Part shown: piece after piece, positions 1-8,344 of the stretch
Layout: every line of letters begins with the position of its first letter
How positions within the stretch are numbered: position 1 is the first letter of the stretch
DNA from: Actinomycetota bacterium
Lineage (GTDB): Bacteria; Actinomycetota; Thermoleophilia; Solirubrobacterales; Solirubrobacteraceae
Direction of reading: 5' to 3'
Assembly (NCBI GenBank): GCA_046744275.1
Contig: JBKOYW010000411.1
Location: 1-33,728, forward strand
Length of the DNA: 33,728 nt
Translations under genes and position numbers: made by a program
The notes under the pieces: generated by a model
Databases searched by the model: none
The model's input: the letters and a program-made list of their open reading frames with translations, nothing else
Told to the model about the DNA's origin: nothing

Positions 1-238
1 GCGCCATACTCGGCACTCCTGGCTCGCTTCCCCCGGGGATCGGAGCCACACGCGAAGGGAGGGAGGCGAACAGCCTGGCGTGCGACGTCACAAGCCTACT
101 CGGCGCCGGCGCGCTCGGCGCCGTGGAATTACGGGTACGCTGATGACAACGGGGAGCCCAGCCTGACGTCGCTCGTTCGGTGTTGTCGAGCGCGTAGCGC
201 CACCTGAACTCCACAACACGTCGTCAGGAGCAGAGCTG

Positions 239-1216
239 GTGCTGCGAACGCAGGGCACGCCGGTGCGCCGCCGCAGCGTGCTCACGACCGTCGCCGGAGC
301 GCTTGTGGTGACGGCGGTGCTGGCGTACGTGCTGGCCGACCGTCGCGAGGAGTTCGGCGCGGCGCTGCGGGCGGCGCCGCTCGGGATCCTGCTCGCGGCC
401 GCCGCCCTGCAGCTGCTGGCTCTGGTGTCGCGGACGGAGGCGTGGCGCGTGTCCGTCGCGGCCGCGGGCGGCACCGTGGGTCGCCGGTGCCTGTATCGCG
501 CGGCCAGCATGGGCTACCTCGGCAGCCAGCTCAACAGCCACGTCGGCACGGCGGCGCGCATCGCGGCACTGCGCCGTGCAGCGCCGGGCGAGTGCCCGCG
601 CGTCCCGGCTCTGATCGCGGCGGAGGTGCCGATCCTCACCGTCGAGGCGACGCTGGCGGCGCTGGCGTCGTTCACGCTCGTCGGTCCCCTCGGGCTCCCG
701 TGGTGGCTGCCGCTCGTCTTCCTGGCCGCCGCGGCGCTGCTCGTGGCTGGCCTGCAGAAGGTCGCCCGCCGCTGGCGCGAGGGGTTCTGCAGCGGCCTGG
801 CCGTCCTGCGCAGCCTGCACGGGCGGAACGTCGTGGTCGCGCTGATCCTCGTGGCGGTCGGGTCGCAGATCGCGCGCAACTGGCTGATGCTCCAGGCCGT
901 CGGCGTCGACGCGTCGCTGCTGGACGCCACCGCCGTTCTGATCGCGATGGTCACGCTCACCCAGCTCCCGATCGGCCCCAGCGTCGGCGCGGCGGCCGTC
1001 GTCGTCATACTCGGCGCCAACGGAGCCGCGCTCACCGCCGCGGCCGGGGTCCTGCTGACCGCGACGGGAACCGCCGGCGCGCTCGCCTACGCCGGATGGG
1101 CGGGGATCGATCGACTGTGGACGCTGCGACGCGGCACGACGCGCCGCGCACCCGCGCCTCCGCCGCATCCGCGCGTCGCTCCGGAACCGCAGCCGGCGAT
1201 CGGAGCTGCGCGGTGA
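239..1216 (+). CDS. Polytopic membrane protein, flippase-like / lysyl-phosphatidylglycerol-synthase TM-domain (UPF0104-like) family (tentative)
   Basis: 325-codon ORF. GTG at 239 lies 8 nt after AGGAG (226-230). The translation is a series of hydrophobic helices with an Arg-rich N-terminal stub and a Pro/Arg-rich tail. Third positions are G/C-rich. The family name is recalled, not searched. Confidence 0.55.
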   Translation: MLRTQGTPVRRRSVLTTVAGALVVTAVLAYVLADRREEFGAALRAAPLGILLAAAALQLLALVSRTEAWRVSVAAAGGTVGRRCLYRAASMGYLGSQLNSHVGTAARIAALRRAAPGECPRVPALIAAEVPILTVEATLAALASFTLVGPLGLPWWLPLVFLAAAALLVAGLQKVARRWREGFCSGLAVLRSLHGRNVVVALILVAVGSQIARNWLMLQAVGVDASLLDATAVLIAMVTLTQLPIGPSVGAAAVVVILGANGAALTAAAGVLLTATGTAGALAYAGWAGIDRLWTLRRGTTRRAPAPPPHPRVAPEPQPAIGAAR

Positions 1217-1229
1217 GGCTGCTAGCCGC

Positions 1230-1628
1230 TCAGTAGTCGAACTCGAACCAGACGCGCGTGCGGCGGTTCTCGCGGGTCATGCCCCAGCGTCGCGTCAGTT
1301 GCTCGACGATGAAGAGGCCGAAGCCGCCGTTCTCGTCCGATGCCATCGCGCCCGGGCGGGGAACGAGTCCGGGTCCCTCGTCGGTGACCTGGACGCACAG
1401 GAACTCGGGCTTCGGCGTGGCGGCGAGCCAGACCGCACCGCTCGGCGCGCCGTGGCGCACGGCGTTCGTGACCACCTCCGTGACCACGAGCTCGAGATCG
1501 GGTCGCTTGGAGCTGCCGACCAGTCCGACCGCCAGCGCAGAGAGCCAGGCGCGCGCCTCCCTGACCGCAAACGGCTCGGCGACCAGCACCAGCTCCTGCC
1601 GCCCTGTCGCCTGCGTCGGGGTCGCCAT
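1230..1628 (-). CDS. GHKL ATPase, RsbW/SpoIIAB-like anti-sigma-factor serine kinase (HATPase_c)
   Basis: Lies in ORF 1230..1724. Motifs VVTEVVTNAVRHG, VTDEGPG and GGFGLFIV match the N and G boxes of anti-sigma kinases. I placed the start at ATG 1628 (MATPTQ...) because the full ORF would collide with the divergent cydA start at 1723. The start is uncertain. Confidence 0.7.
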   Translation of the reverse strand: MATPTQATGRQELVLVAEPFAVREARAWLSALAVGLVGSSKRPDLELVVTEVVTNAVRHGAPSGAVWLAATPKPEFLCVQVTDEGPGLVPRPGAMASDENGGFGLFIVEQLTRRWGMTRENRRTRVWFEFDY

Positions 1629-1722
1629 CGCCCGAAGCCTAACCAAGGGGGAATGGGATCTCAGCCGGACGATCTCTGGGCGGACCGCGTCTTGACGGCG
1701 CCGGGGAGTAGAAACCGTCCGC

Positions 1723-3084
1723 ATGCTCGTGCAGATCGCGCAGGCGCTCGGCCCGGCCGAGCAGGACTACCTGCTCCAGGCCCGGCAGATGCAGGCCCTG
1801 TCGTTTGCCGTCCACATCCCGCTCGTCTGCTTCGGCGTGGCGTTCCCGGCGCTCGTCATCGGGATGGAGTGGCTCGGCCGCCGCCGCCGCGACCCGCTGC
1901 TGCTCGCGCTCGCCCGCCGCTGGTCGAAGGCGATGATCGCCCTGTTCGCCGTCGGCGTCGTCACCGGGACGATCCTGTCGTTCGAGCTCGGGCTGCTGTG
2001 GCCCGAGTTCATGGCGACCTACGGCGACGTGTTCGGCCTTGCGTTCGCGCTGGAGGGCTTCTCGTTCTTCGTGGAGGCGATCTTCATCGCGATCTACGTC
2101 TACGGCTGGGACCGCCTGTCACCGCGCGCGCACATGTCGGCCGCGGTGCCGGTGGTGATCGCCGGCCTGACCGGGTCGCTGATGGTGATCTCCGTCAACG
2201 GCTGGATGAACCACCCGTCCGGCTTCCGGCTCGTGGACGGGCGGGCGGTCGACGTCGAGCCGTTCGACGCGCTGTTCGGCAACGCGTACTTCTGGCACGA
2301 GATGGTGCACATGTACCTGGCCGCGTTCCTGGTCGCGGGGTTCGTCACGGCGAGCGTCTACGCCGTCGCGGCCCTGCGCGGGAGGCGCGACCGCTACGTC
2401 CGCGTGGCCATGGCGGTGCCGCTGGTGGTGGCCGCGGTCGCCGCGCCCGCGCAGGTTGTCGTCGGCGACTGGGCCGCGCGCGAGGTCGCCGAGAACCAGC
2501 CGACGAAGCTCGCCGCGTTCGAGGGCCTGGGGCACACCCAGGAGGGCGCGCCGCTCCACATCGGCGGCTGGTACGACGAGGCGACCGGCGAGGTCCGATA
2601 CGGCCTCGCGATCCCGCGGCTGCTGTCGCTGCTCGCCTTCCACGATCCGAACGCGACGGTGGAGGGGCTCGACCGCGTCCCGCCCGAGGACCGCCCCCCG
2701 GTGAACGTCGTGCGCGTGGCGTTCTTCACGATGGTCGGCATCGGGACCCTGATGGCGCTCTTCGGCGTGGCGCTCCTGATCGTCTGGTGGCGCCGGCGCG
2801 CGCTGCCCGCGGGACGCTGGTTCCTGCGTTCGGTCGCGGCGCTCGGCCCGCTGTCGGTGGTCGCGCTGATCGCCGGCTGGGTGACGACGGAGGTGGGCCG
2901 CCAGCCGTGGGTCGTCTACCGCTTCATGCGCACTGAGGACGCCGTGACGGGCGCGGACGGCATCCCGCTCGGCTACGCGGCGCTCGTCGTGATCTACGCG
3001 GCGCTCGCCGCCGCGACGGTGTGGCTCCTGCGGCGGTTGGCGCGCGCTCCGCTTGAGCTCGAGGTGGCCGATGAGCCTCGCTGA
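1723..3084 (+). CDS. cydA: Cytochrome bd ubiquinol/menaquinol oxidase subunit I (copy 1)
   Basis: 453 aa. Signature stretches: LSFAVHIPL, GLLWPEF, FFVEAIFIAIY, NGWMNHP, QPTKLAAFE, GWVTTEVGRQPWVVY. Short Q-loop type. Its stop overlaps the cydB start. Confidence 0.93.
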   Translation: MLVQIAQALGPAEQDYLLQARQMQALSFAVHIPLVCFGVAFPALVIGMEWLGRRRRDPLLLALARRWSKAMIALFAVGVVTGTILSFELGLLWPEFMATYGDVFGLAFALEGFSFFVEAIFIAIYVYGWDRLSPRAHMSAAVPVVIAGLTGSLMVISVNGWMNHPSGFRLVDGRAVDVEPFDALFGNAYFWHEMVHMYLAAFLVAGFVTASVYAVAALRGRRDRYVRVAMAVPLVVAAVAAPAQVVVGDWAAREVAENQPTKLAAFEGLGHTQEGAPLHIGGWYDEATGEVRYGLAIPRLLSLLAFHDPNATVEGLDRVPPEDRPPVNVVRVAFFTMVGIGTLMALFGVALLIVWWRRRALPAGRWFLRSVAALGPLSVVALIAGWVTTEVGRQPWVVYRFMRTEDAVTGADGIPLGYAALVVIYAALAAATVWLLRRLARAPLELEVADEPR

Positions 3085-4318
3085 GGTGCCGCTGCTCCTC
3101 GCGCTGATCGGCCTGGCCGCCTATGTCGTGCTGGGCGGCGCCGACTTCGGGGCGGGCCTCTGGTACATGCTGCTGCCGGGCGAGCGGCGGCGGCCGCTGC
3201 GCGATCACACCTACCACGCCATGGGGCCGGTGTGGGAAGCGAACCACGTGTGGCTGATCTTCGTGCTCGTCGTCGTGTGGACGGCCTATCCCCGCGCGTT
3301 CGGCGCGATCTTCTCGACGCTATACGTGCCACTGTTCGTCGCCGCGCTCGGGATCATCCTGCGCGGCGCGTGCTACGCGCTGCGCGGCGCCGTGTCCGAT
3401 CCGCGCGAGGAGCGGATCCTCGGCGCGCTCTTCGGCGCTTCGTCGGTCGTCACGCCGTTCGCGCTCGGCGCCGCCATCGGCGGCATCGCGTCCGGGCGGG
3501 TGCCGCTGGGCAACGCGGCCGGCGATGCGATCGACGCGTGGCTGAACCCGACGTCGATCACCATCGGCGTGCTGGCGGTCGCCACGAGCGCCTACCTGGC
3601 CGCGGTGTGGCTGACCGGAGACGCGGCCCGCGCCGGGCGCGACGACCTCGTCGAGGCGTTCCGCACCCGCGCGCTCGCGACCGGAGCGATCGCGGGCGCG
3701 GTGGCGCTCGGGGCGCTGCTCGTGCTGCAGGCGGATGCCGAGCGGATCTACGACGGCTTGACCTCAGGCTCGGGACTCGTCGCCCTGCTCGCCTCGGTCG
3801 CCGCTGGGGCGGTGACGATGGTGTTCGTCGCGCAACGCCGGCTGGAACCCGCGCGCTGGTCCGCCGCCGTGGCGGTCGGCGCCATCGTCGCCGGGTGGGC
3901 GCTCGCTCAGCGGCCCGAGTTACTGCCCGGGCTGACCGTCGAGCAGGCCGCGGCGGGCGACGGGACGCTGGTCGCGCTGCTGGTCTCGATCGCGGTCGGC
4001 AGCGTGATCCTGATCCCGTCGCTCGTCCTGCTGTTCTCGCTTGTGCTGCGCGGGCGCTTCGACGAGCGGCCCGAGGAGCTCGGGTCGCTCGACCACGCGG
4101 GACGGCGACCGGTCACCGCTGGCATGCCGGCGCCCGAACCGGGGCGCCGTGCCGGCCTTGCGGCGGTGATCTGCGCTGCGATCGGCGTCCCGCTCACGTT
4201 CTTCTCCGACACCGGCGCGGCGCTCGCGCTGGGCGTCGTCCTGCTCTTGGCCGCGGTCGCGGCCGGGATCGTCTTCCTCGTGCCACAGGTCACGCTCGAG
4301 GACGCGGACGAAAGCTGA
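3071..4318 (+). CDS. cydB: Cytochrome bd oxidase subunit II (copy 1) with a C-terminal extension of about 85 aa
   Basis: ATG 3071 lies inside ORF 3053..4318 and overlaps the cydA stop (3082-3084). Motifs GGADFGAG and GPVWEANHVWLIF are typical of CydB. It is 415 aa, against 355 aa for copy 2. Confidence 0.9.
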   Translation: MSLAEVPLLLALIGLAAYVVLGGADFGAGLWYMLLPGERRRPLRDHTYHAMGPVWEANHVWLIFVLVVVWTAYPRAFGAIFSTLYVPLFVAALGIILRGACYALRGAVSDPREERILGALFGASSVVTPFALGAAIGGIASGRVPLGNAAGDAIDAWLNPTSITIGVLAVATSAYLAAVWLTGDAARAGRDDLVEAFRTRALATGAIAGAVALGALLVLQADAERIYDGLTSGSGLVALLASVAAGAVTMVFVAQRRLEPARWSAAVAVGAIVAGWALAQRPELLPGLTVEQAAAGDGTLVALLVSIAVGSVILIPSLVLLFSLVLRGRFDERPEELGSLDHAGRRPVTAGMPAPEPGRRAGLAAVICAAIGVPLTFFSDTGAALALGVVLLLAAVAAGIVFLVPQVTLEDADES

Positions 4319-4340
4319 GACGCGCCGTCGCCCGAGCCGC

Positions 4341-4970
4341 TCAGGTCGTGAGCCGCACCGGGAGGGTCGCGATCCAGGTCAGCGCCACGACGAACACGAG
4401 GCAGCCGAGGCCGAGCAGCGCTCCCCGGATCCGGATCGCCTCGAGCTTGGCGCTGAGCCCGGCGAAGAAGAGCGCCATGGCGAACAGCACGACCCCGAGC
4501 ATGTAGTTGTTCGCGCGCTGGTTGGCATCTTTCGCCCGCTCGGAGGCCGCGGCGGCGCTCGCCTCGAGGCGCTCGGCCTCGGCCGACGCCGCCAGGCGGT
4601 ACTGCGGCATCGCGAACGGCGTGGGCGGCGCGGCCGCGTCCTCGAACGGCGAGGTCGCGAGCCAGCTCGCGAACGCCGGCTTGAACTCGTCGCGGAAGCG
4701 GGTCCGGTAGAAGCCCGCCAGGGCTGCCCGGTGCTGCTGGCGCGCGTCGATCCACTGGACGAACGTGGCGACGTCGATCTGGACCTGCCGGTTCGCGAGC
4801 GCCGCAGCGCGGTTCTCCGCGATCCGGGTGGCCGTTCCCTGGCCGGTCTCCCGTGCCTGCTCGCCGGTCCACTGGCGTGTCTGGTAGGCGGCCCATGCCG
4901 TCGCCACCGTCGCGAGGGAGAGCAGCACGGCGGCGGCCAGCTCCAGCGAGCGGCCGCTAGGTGAACGCAT
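4341..4970 (-). CDS. Hypothetical membrane-anchored protein (N-terminal TM, helical middle, two C-terminal TMs)
   Basis: 209-aa ORF. ATG 4970 overlaps the upstream DUF1345-like gene by 14 nt, indicating an operon. G/C-rich third positions. I do not recognise a family with confidence. Confidence 0.6.
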   Translation of the reverse strand: MRSPSGRSLELAAAVLLSLATVATAWAAYQTRQWTGEQARETGQGTATRIAENRAAALANRQVQIDVATFVQWIDARQQHRAALAGFYRTRFRDEFKPAFASWLATSPFEDAAAPPTPFAMPQYRLAASAEAERLEASAAAASERAKDANQRANNYMLGVVLFAMALFFAGLSAKLEAIRIRGALLGLGCLVFVVALTWIATLPVRLTT

Positions 4971-5655
4971 TGACGGCTCGCGCGACGATCAGGCCGAACA
5001 CTGCGAGCGCGACGGTCGACTGCACGAGCATCGCGTACTTGGCGCGATGAGTTAGCGGCATCACGTCGGTCGGGCTGAACGCCGTCGCGTTCGTGAAGCC
5101 GAGATGCAGGTAGTCGAGGAAGACGGGCCGCCAGCCGGGCGGCGCCAGCTCCGGGCTCATGTGCTGCGTAAACGCGAAGTCGACCGGCACCTCCTGTCGG
5201 GAGCGCGCGATCGACCCGCCGCCGTCCATCAGCCAGTACAGCAGCGCGAACGCGAGGTTGTTGCCGAGCCAGACGACGGCGCCGCTCGCGAGGAGCTCGT
5301 CCGGGGAGTCGCTCACGCCCGTGCCCTCGATCAGCTCGGTGATCAGCCGCGTCGTCGCCCACAGCGCGGCCGCGACGAGAATGCCGACGAGGACGAGCGC
5401 GAGGCGTCGCAACCTCCGGCGCTCGGCGGCGCTCCCGGGGTTGCTCGTGAACAGCACCACGAGCAGCACGGCCTCGATCAACGGAACGAGCCATGGCACG
5501 TCCACGACGCTCTCGCCCGGCAGCCAGACGCGCAGGGCGATGTTGAGCGCCATGAAGACCAGCACCGCCACGAGGGGCGGCCAGCGCGACTCGCCGATCG
5601 GCGCCTCGGTCGCTCCGGGGCCGGCCGGGGCGGGTCGGGCGGCGGCGGCTCCCAC
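4957..5655 (-). CDS. DUF1345-like integral membrane protein
   Basis: 232 aa with a GTG start. Four to five TM helices. The C-terminal stretch FLDYLHLGFTNATAFSPTDVMPLT matches what I recall of DUF1345. It starts 4 nt after the upstream gene's stop. Confidence 0.75.
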   Translation of the reverse strand: MGAAAARPAPAGPGATEAPIGESRWPPLVAVLVFMALNIALRVWLPGESVVDVPWLVPLIEAVLLVVLFTSNPGSAAERRRLRRLALVLVGILVAAALWATTRLITELIEGTGVSDSPDELLASGAVVWLGNNLAFALLYWLMDGGGSIARSRQEVPVDFAFTQHMSPELAPPGWRPVFLDYLHLGFTNATAFSPTDVMPLTHRAKYAMLVQSTVALAVFGLIVARAVNAFT

Positions 5656-5659
5656 AGCG

Positions 5660-6121
5660 TCAGTAGTTGCCGAATCCCGCGACGGCCGCGGGGCTCACCG
5701 CCTGCGGCGTCCAGTCCGGCGGGAAGCCTTCGACCGGGCCCCACTTGGCCATCTCGGGTGGGATCACGGTCACCGGGACGCCGAGGCGCTGGATCCGGTC
5801 GGGGAGCTTGTGGTGGTGCCAGCGCGCATGGTGCTCCGGCACGGTGGAGAGGATGATCTCGTCGTAGTCGCCCCGTTCCACGAGGTCGTGGACCGTGGCC
5901 GCCGTGTCGGAGCCGGTCTCGACGGAGGCGACCTCCGCGCCCGCGGCGCGGCCGACGAGGCGCAGCGCGTCCTTGACGGACCAGTCCTGGTCCGCCTCGG
6001 GCGGGACCATGAGGCCGAAGCGGCAGGTCCCGGCGCGCCGGTGCACCTCGGCGAGCAGGGCAGGCGTCGACGCGGTTCGGTTTGCGACGATCAGGACCGT
6101 CGTTCCGGTCGTCTCGGACAT
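5660..6121 (-). CDS. Hypothetical cytoplasmic protein, USP-like (adenine-nucleotide alpha-hydrolase-type) fold suspected
   Basis: 153 aa. A strong SD (GGAGGAG, plus-strand 6127-6133) lies 5 nt before ATG 6121. The TVLIVANRTAS...ILSTVPEHH pattern resembles USP-like proteins. The call is tentative. Confidence 0.6.
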   Translation of the reverse strand: MSETTGTTVLIVANRTASTPALLAEVHRRAGTCRFGLMVPPEADQDWSVKDALRLVGRAAGAEVASVETGSDTAATVHDLVERGDYDEIILSTVPEHHARWHHHKLPDRIQRLGVPVTVIPPEMAKWGPVEGFPPDWTPQAVSPAAVAGFGNY

Positions 6122-6228
6122 CGTTGCTCCTCCTCTCGGTGGCAGAGAGACTCGGCCGGGAGGCCCGGAGTCGCATCATCCGAAAGGGGTGACCCGCCCT
6201 CTGCGCAGCGGGGCGAGCATGGCCCGGC

Positions 6229-6843
6229 ATGATCGGGCACGCGCTGATCCACACGCGGCATGCCGTCCACCCGCTGTCGGAGCGCTGGGTCGCCGCCGGC
6301 TTCGCGATCGGCTCGGCCTGCTTCTTCGTCGGCCCGTTCCCAGGCTTCCTGCAGCTCGTCGGGGCGCGGGCCGACGCCTGGGTGTTCTTCGTCGGCTCGC
6401 TCTTCTTCACGGCGGCCGCCGGCCTCGAGCTCCTGCATGCGACCGCCGATCGCCCGCGCCGCGACGGCACCTGGTGGTCGGCGGCGATCCAGTTCGTCGG
6501 CACCCTGTTCTTCAACCTCAGCACCGGCGACGTGCTGCGCAGCGATCTGACCACCCACCAGGAGGACCGGCTCGTGTGGACGCCGGACGCGCTCGGCTCG
6601 GCCTGCTTCCTGATCTCGGCTGTGCTCGCCTATCGCGCGAGCGAGAAGCCGCGGACGATGGCCGCCGTGAACCTCGCCGGCTGCGTCCTCTTCGGGATCG
6701 CAGCGGTCGCCTCCTACATCGTCCCCGACACCGGCTCGATCCTCGACCTCGCCGCCGCCAACTGGAGCACAGCGCTCGGCGCGCTCTGCTTCCTCGTCGG
6801 CGCCCTGATGCTCGCCCGCCACCACCGAGGTGTGACCCCATGA
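6229..6843 (+). CDS. Six-TM membrane protein with repeated G-S/T-x-x-F helix starts (YrhK-like?), translationally coupled to glutamate decarboxylase
   Basis: 204 aa. The recurring motif appears as GSACFFVG, VGSLFFTAA, VGTLFFNLS, LGSACFLIS, AGCVLFGIA and LGALCFLVG. Its TGA (6841-6843) overlaps the gad ATG (6840-6842). Confidence 0.7.
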   Translation: MIGHALIHTRHAVHPLSERWVAAGFAIGSACFFVGPFPGFLQLVGARADAWVFFVGSLFFTAAAGLELLHATADRPRRDGTWWSAAIQFVGTLFFNLSTGDVLRSDLTTHQEDRLVWTPDALGSACFLISAVLAYRASEKPRTMAAVNLAGCVLFGIAAVASYIVPDTGSILDLAAANWSTALGALCFLVGALMLARHHRGVTP

Positions 6844-8252
6844 CGATTCACCAACCCGTCTCTCACGACGGCGACGACGTCGCCGAGCGCCTCGAAGCGC
6901 TTGCGAGGCAGTACGGCAACCGATTCCTGCTCGAGGCCGCCCCCGATCACCAACTGCCCGAGCACGGGATGACCGCGACCGACGCGATGCGGCTGATCGG
7001 CGAGGAGCTCGTGCTCGACGGGATCCCGATGCGCAACCTCGCCACGTTCGTGACGACGTGGATGGAGCCTGAGGCGCAGCGGGTGATCGCCGAGAACCTG
7101 CACCGCAACTTCATCGACCACGCCGAGTATCCGCAGACCGCCGAGATCGAGCAGCGCTGCATCCGCATGCTGGCCAACCTGTTCCACGCGCCCGGCGAGA
7201 CGACCGGCGCGCGCTGCCAGGGCTCCTCGGAGGCGATCATGCTGGGTGCGCTGTCGCTGAAGTGGAAGTGGCGCCAGCGCCGCGAGGCGGCGGGCAAGGA
7301 CACGGGCAGCCCCAACCTCGTGTTCGGCGGCGACGTGCACGTGGTGTGGGAGAAGTTCTGCCGCTACTTCGACGTCGAGCCGCGGATCATCCCGCTCCAG
7401 CCGCACAAGTACACGATCGGGCCCGAGGATGTCGAGCCGCACGTCGACGAGAACACGATCGGCGTCGCCGCCGTGCTCGGCACGACCTTCACCGGGCACG
7501 CGGACGACGTCCGCGGGATCAACGACCTGCTCGTGCGGCTGCGCGACGAGCGCGGGCTCGATGTCCCGCTCCACGTCGACGCCGCCAGCGGCGGGTTCGT
7601 ATGGCCGTTCCTGTACCCCGACTCGGCGTGGGACTTCCGGCTCGAGCAGGTCCGCTCGATCAACGTCTCCGGGCACAAGTTCGGGCTCGTCTATCCCGGC
7701 ATCGGCTGGCTCGTGTTCCGCGAGCACAGCGATCTGGCCGAGGACCTCGTGTTCTACGAGAACTACCTCGGCAAGACCGACGCGACGTTCACGCTGAACT
7801 TCTCGACCGGCTCGGCCATGGTGCTTGCCCAGTACTACAACTTCGTCCGCTTCGGCCACGCCGGTTACCGCTTCATCATGGAGACGATGCAGGCCAACGC
7901 GCGCTCACTCGCGCAGCGCATCGCCGGCATCGGCGAGTTCCGGCTGGTCGGGCACGACGGCGCCGAGCAGCTCCCGCTCGTCGCCTTCCAGCTCACCGAC
8001 GGCCACGACTTCGACGAGTTCGACGTCTCCTCCCAGCTGGCGGCCGAGCGCGGATGGATGGTGCCGGCGTACACGCTCCCGCCCGATGCGGATCACGTGA
8101 CGATCATGCGCGCGCTCGTCAAGCTGACCCTGGGTCAGTCGCTCGCCGCCACCCTCGCGGACGACATCGCGCAGGCGTGCGAGACGCTGCGCGTGAAGGG
8201 CGGGCTGCACGAGCGGGACCGCCGGAGGGTGAAGACCAACACGGGCTTCTGA
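6840..8252 (+). CDS. gad: Glutamate decarboxylase (PLP-dependent, group II)
   Basis: 470 aa, from ATG 6840 inside ORF 5895..8252. Motifs NLATFVTTWMEPEA, HVDAASGGF and the PLP-lysine motif NVSGHKFGLVYPGIGW match bacterial and plant GAD. Confidence 0.95.
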   Translation: MTIHQPVSHDGDDVAERLEALARQYGNRFLLEAAPDHQLPEHGMTATDAMRLIGEELVLDGIPMRNLATFVTTWMEPEAQRVIAENLHRNFIDHAEYPQTAEIEQRCIRMLANLFHAPGETTGARCQGSSEAIMLGALSLKWKWRQRREAAGKDTGSPNLVFGGDVHVVWEKFCRYFDVEPRIIPLQPHKYTIGPEDVEPHVDENTIGVAAVLGTTFTGHADDVRGINDLLVRLRDERGLDVPLHVDAASGGFVWPFLYPDSAWDFRLEQVRSINVSGHKFGLVYPGIGWLVFREHSDLAEDLVFYENYLGKTDATFTLNFSTGSAMVLAQYYNFVRFGHAGYRFIMETMQANARSLAQRIAGIGEFRLVGHDGAEQLPLVAFQLTDGHDFDEFDVSSQLAAERGWMVPAYTLPPDADHVTIMRALVKLTLGQSLAATLADDIAQACETLRVKGGLHERDRRRVKTNTGF

Positions 8253-8330
8253 GCTCGGGCCAAGATCACCCCCTTCGGACGAGGCGGGGAACGCTGCCTG
8301 GATCGACGCTATCCGTCAGTCCTCGACCAC

Positions 8331-8336
8331 AAGGAG
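8331..8336 (+). promoter_or_regulatory. Shine-Dalgarno AAGGAG, 8 nt upstream of ATG 8345
   Basis: The ACAAGGAG context and the 8-nt spacing are both identical to those of the paralog at 14334. Confidence 0.6.
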
Positions 8337-8344
8337 TGCTGTCG

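Noticed and set aside
80-166. A strong purine-rich SD-like run GAAGGGAGGGAGG (54-66) followed by a GTG-initiated 28-codon Arg-rich ORF (VRRHKPTRRRRARRRGITGTLMTTGSPA) in the unassigned first 238 nt. I also considered a riboswitch or small RNA here, for example the GGGGAGCCCA stretch near 151-160.
   Set aside because: Third-position composition is mixed and unlike real genes here, and the SD-to-start spacing (13 nt) is long. I could not match the region to any riboswitch consensus from memory. The region stays unassigned. A covariance-model scan would settle it.
1692-1714. TTGACG (1692-1697) and TAGAAA (1709-1714) as a candidate -35/-10 promoter pair for cydA copy 1.
   Set aside because: The spacer is only 11 nt, far from the 16-18 nt expected for a housekeeping-sigma promoter. 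Actinobacterial promoters cannot be called reliably by eye.
1299-2936. 545-aa ORF overlapping cydA copy 1 in another frame. The same applies to other long off-frame or antisense ORFs: 224-1168(-), 2119-2643(-), 3232-4506(+), 3907-4896(-), 4379-5494(-), 5159-6232(+), 5478-6554(-), 6714-7859(-).
   Set aside because: The translations are Arg/Pro/Gly/Ala-rich low-complexity strings. Each is fully overlapped by an ORF with recognisable family motifs and better codon bias. Such shadow ORFs are expected in very GC-rich DNA because stop codons are rare.
5895-6839. 5' extension of the gad ORF (the track gives 5895-8252, 785 aa). Analogous 5' extensions: 16589-17206 (GH15), 17872-19119 (GMC), 20466-20693 (ndh), 21467-22003 (cydA2), 7262-8344 and 13977-14333 (DUF7144-like paralogs).
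   Set aside because: The extensions are low-complexity Arg/Pro-rich sequence overlapping the preceding real gene. Homology-like sequence begins exactly at internal ATG or GTG codons that form 4-nt overlaps with the upstream stop or follow a good ribosome-binding site.
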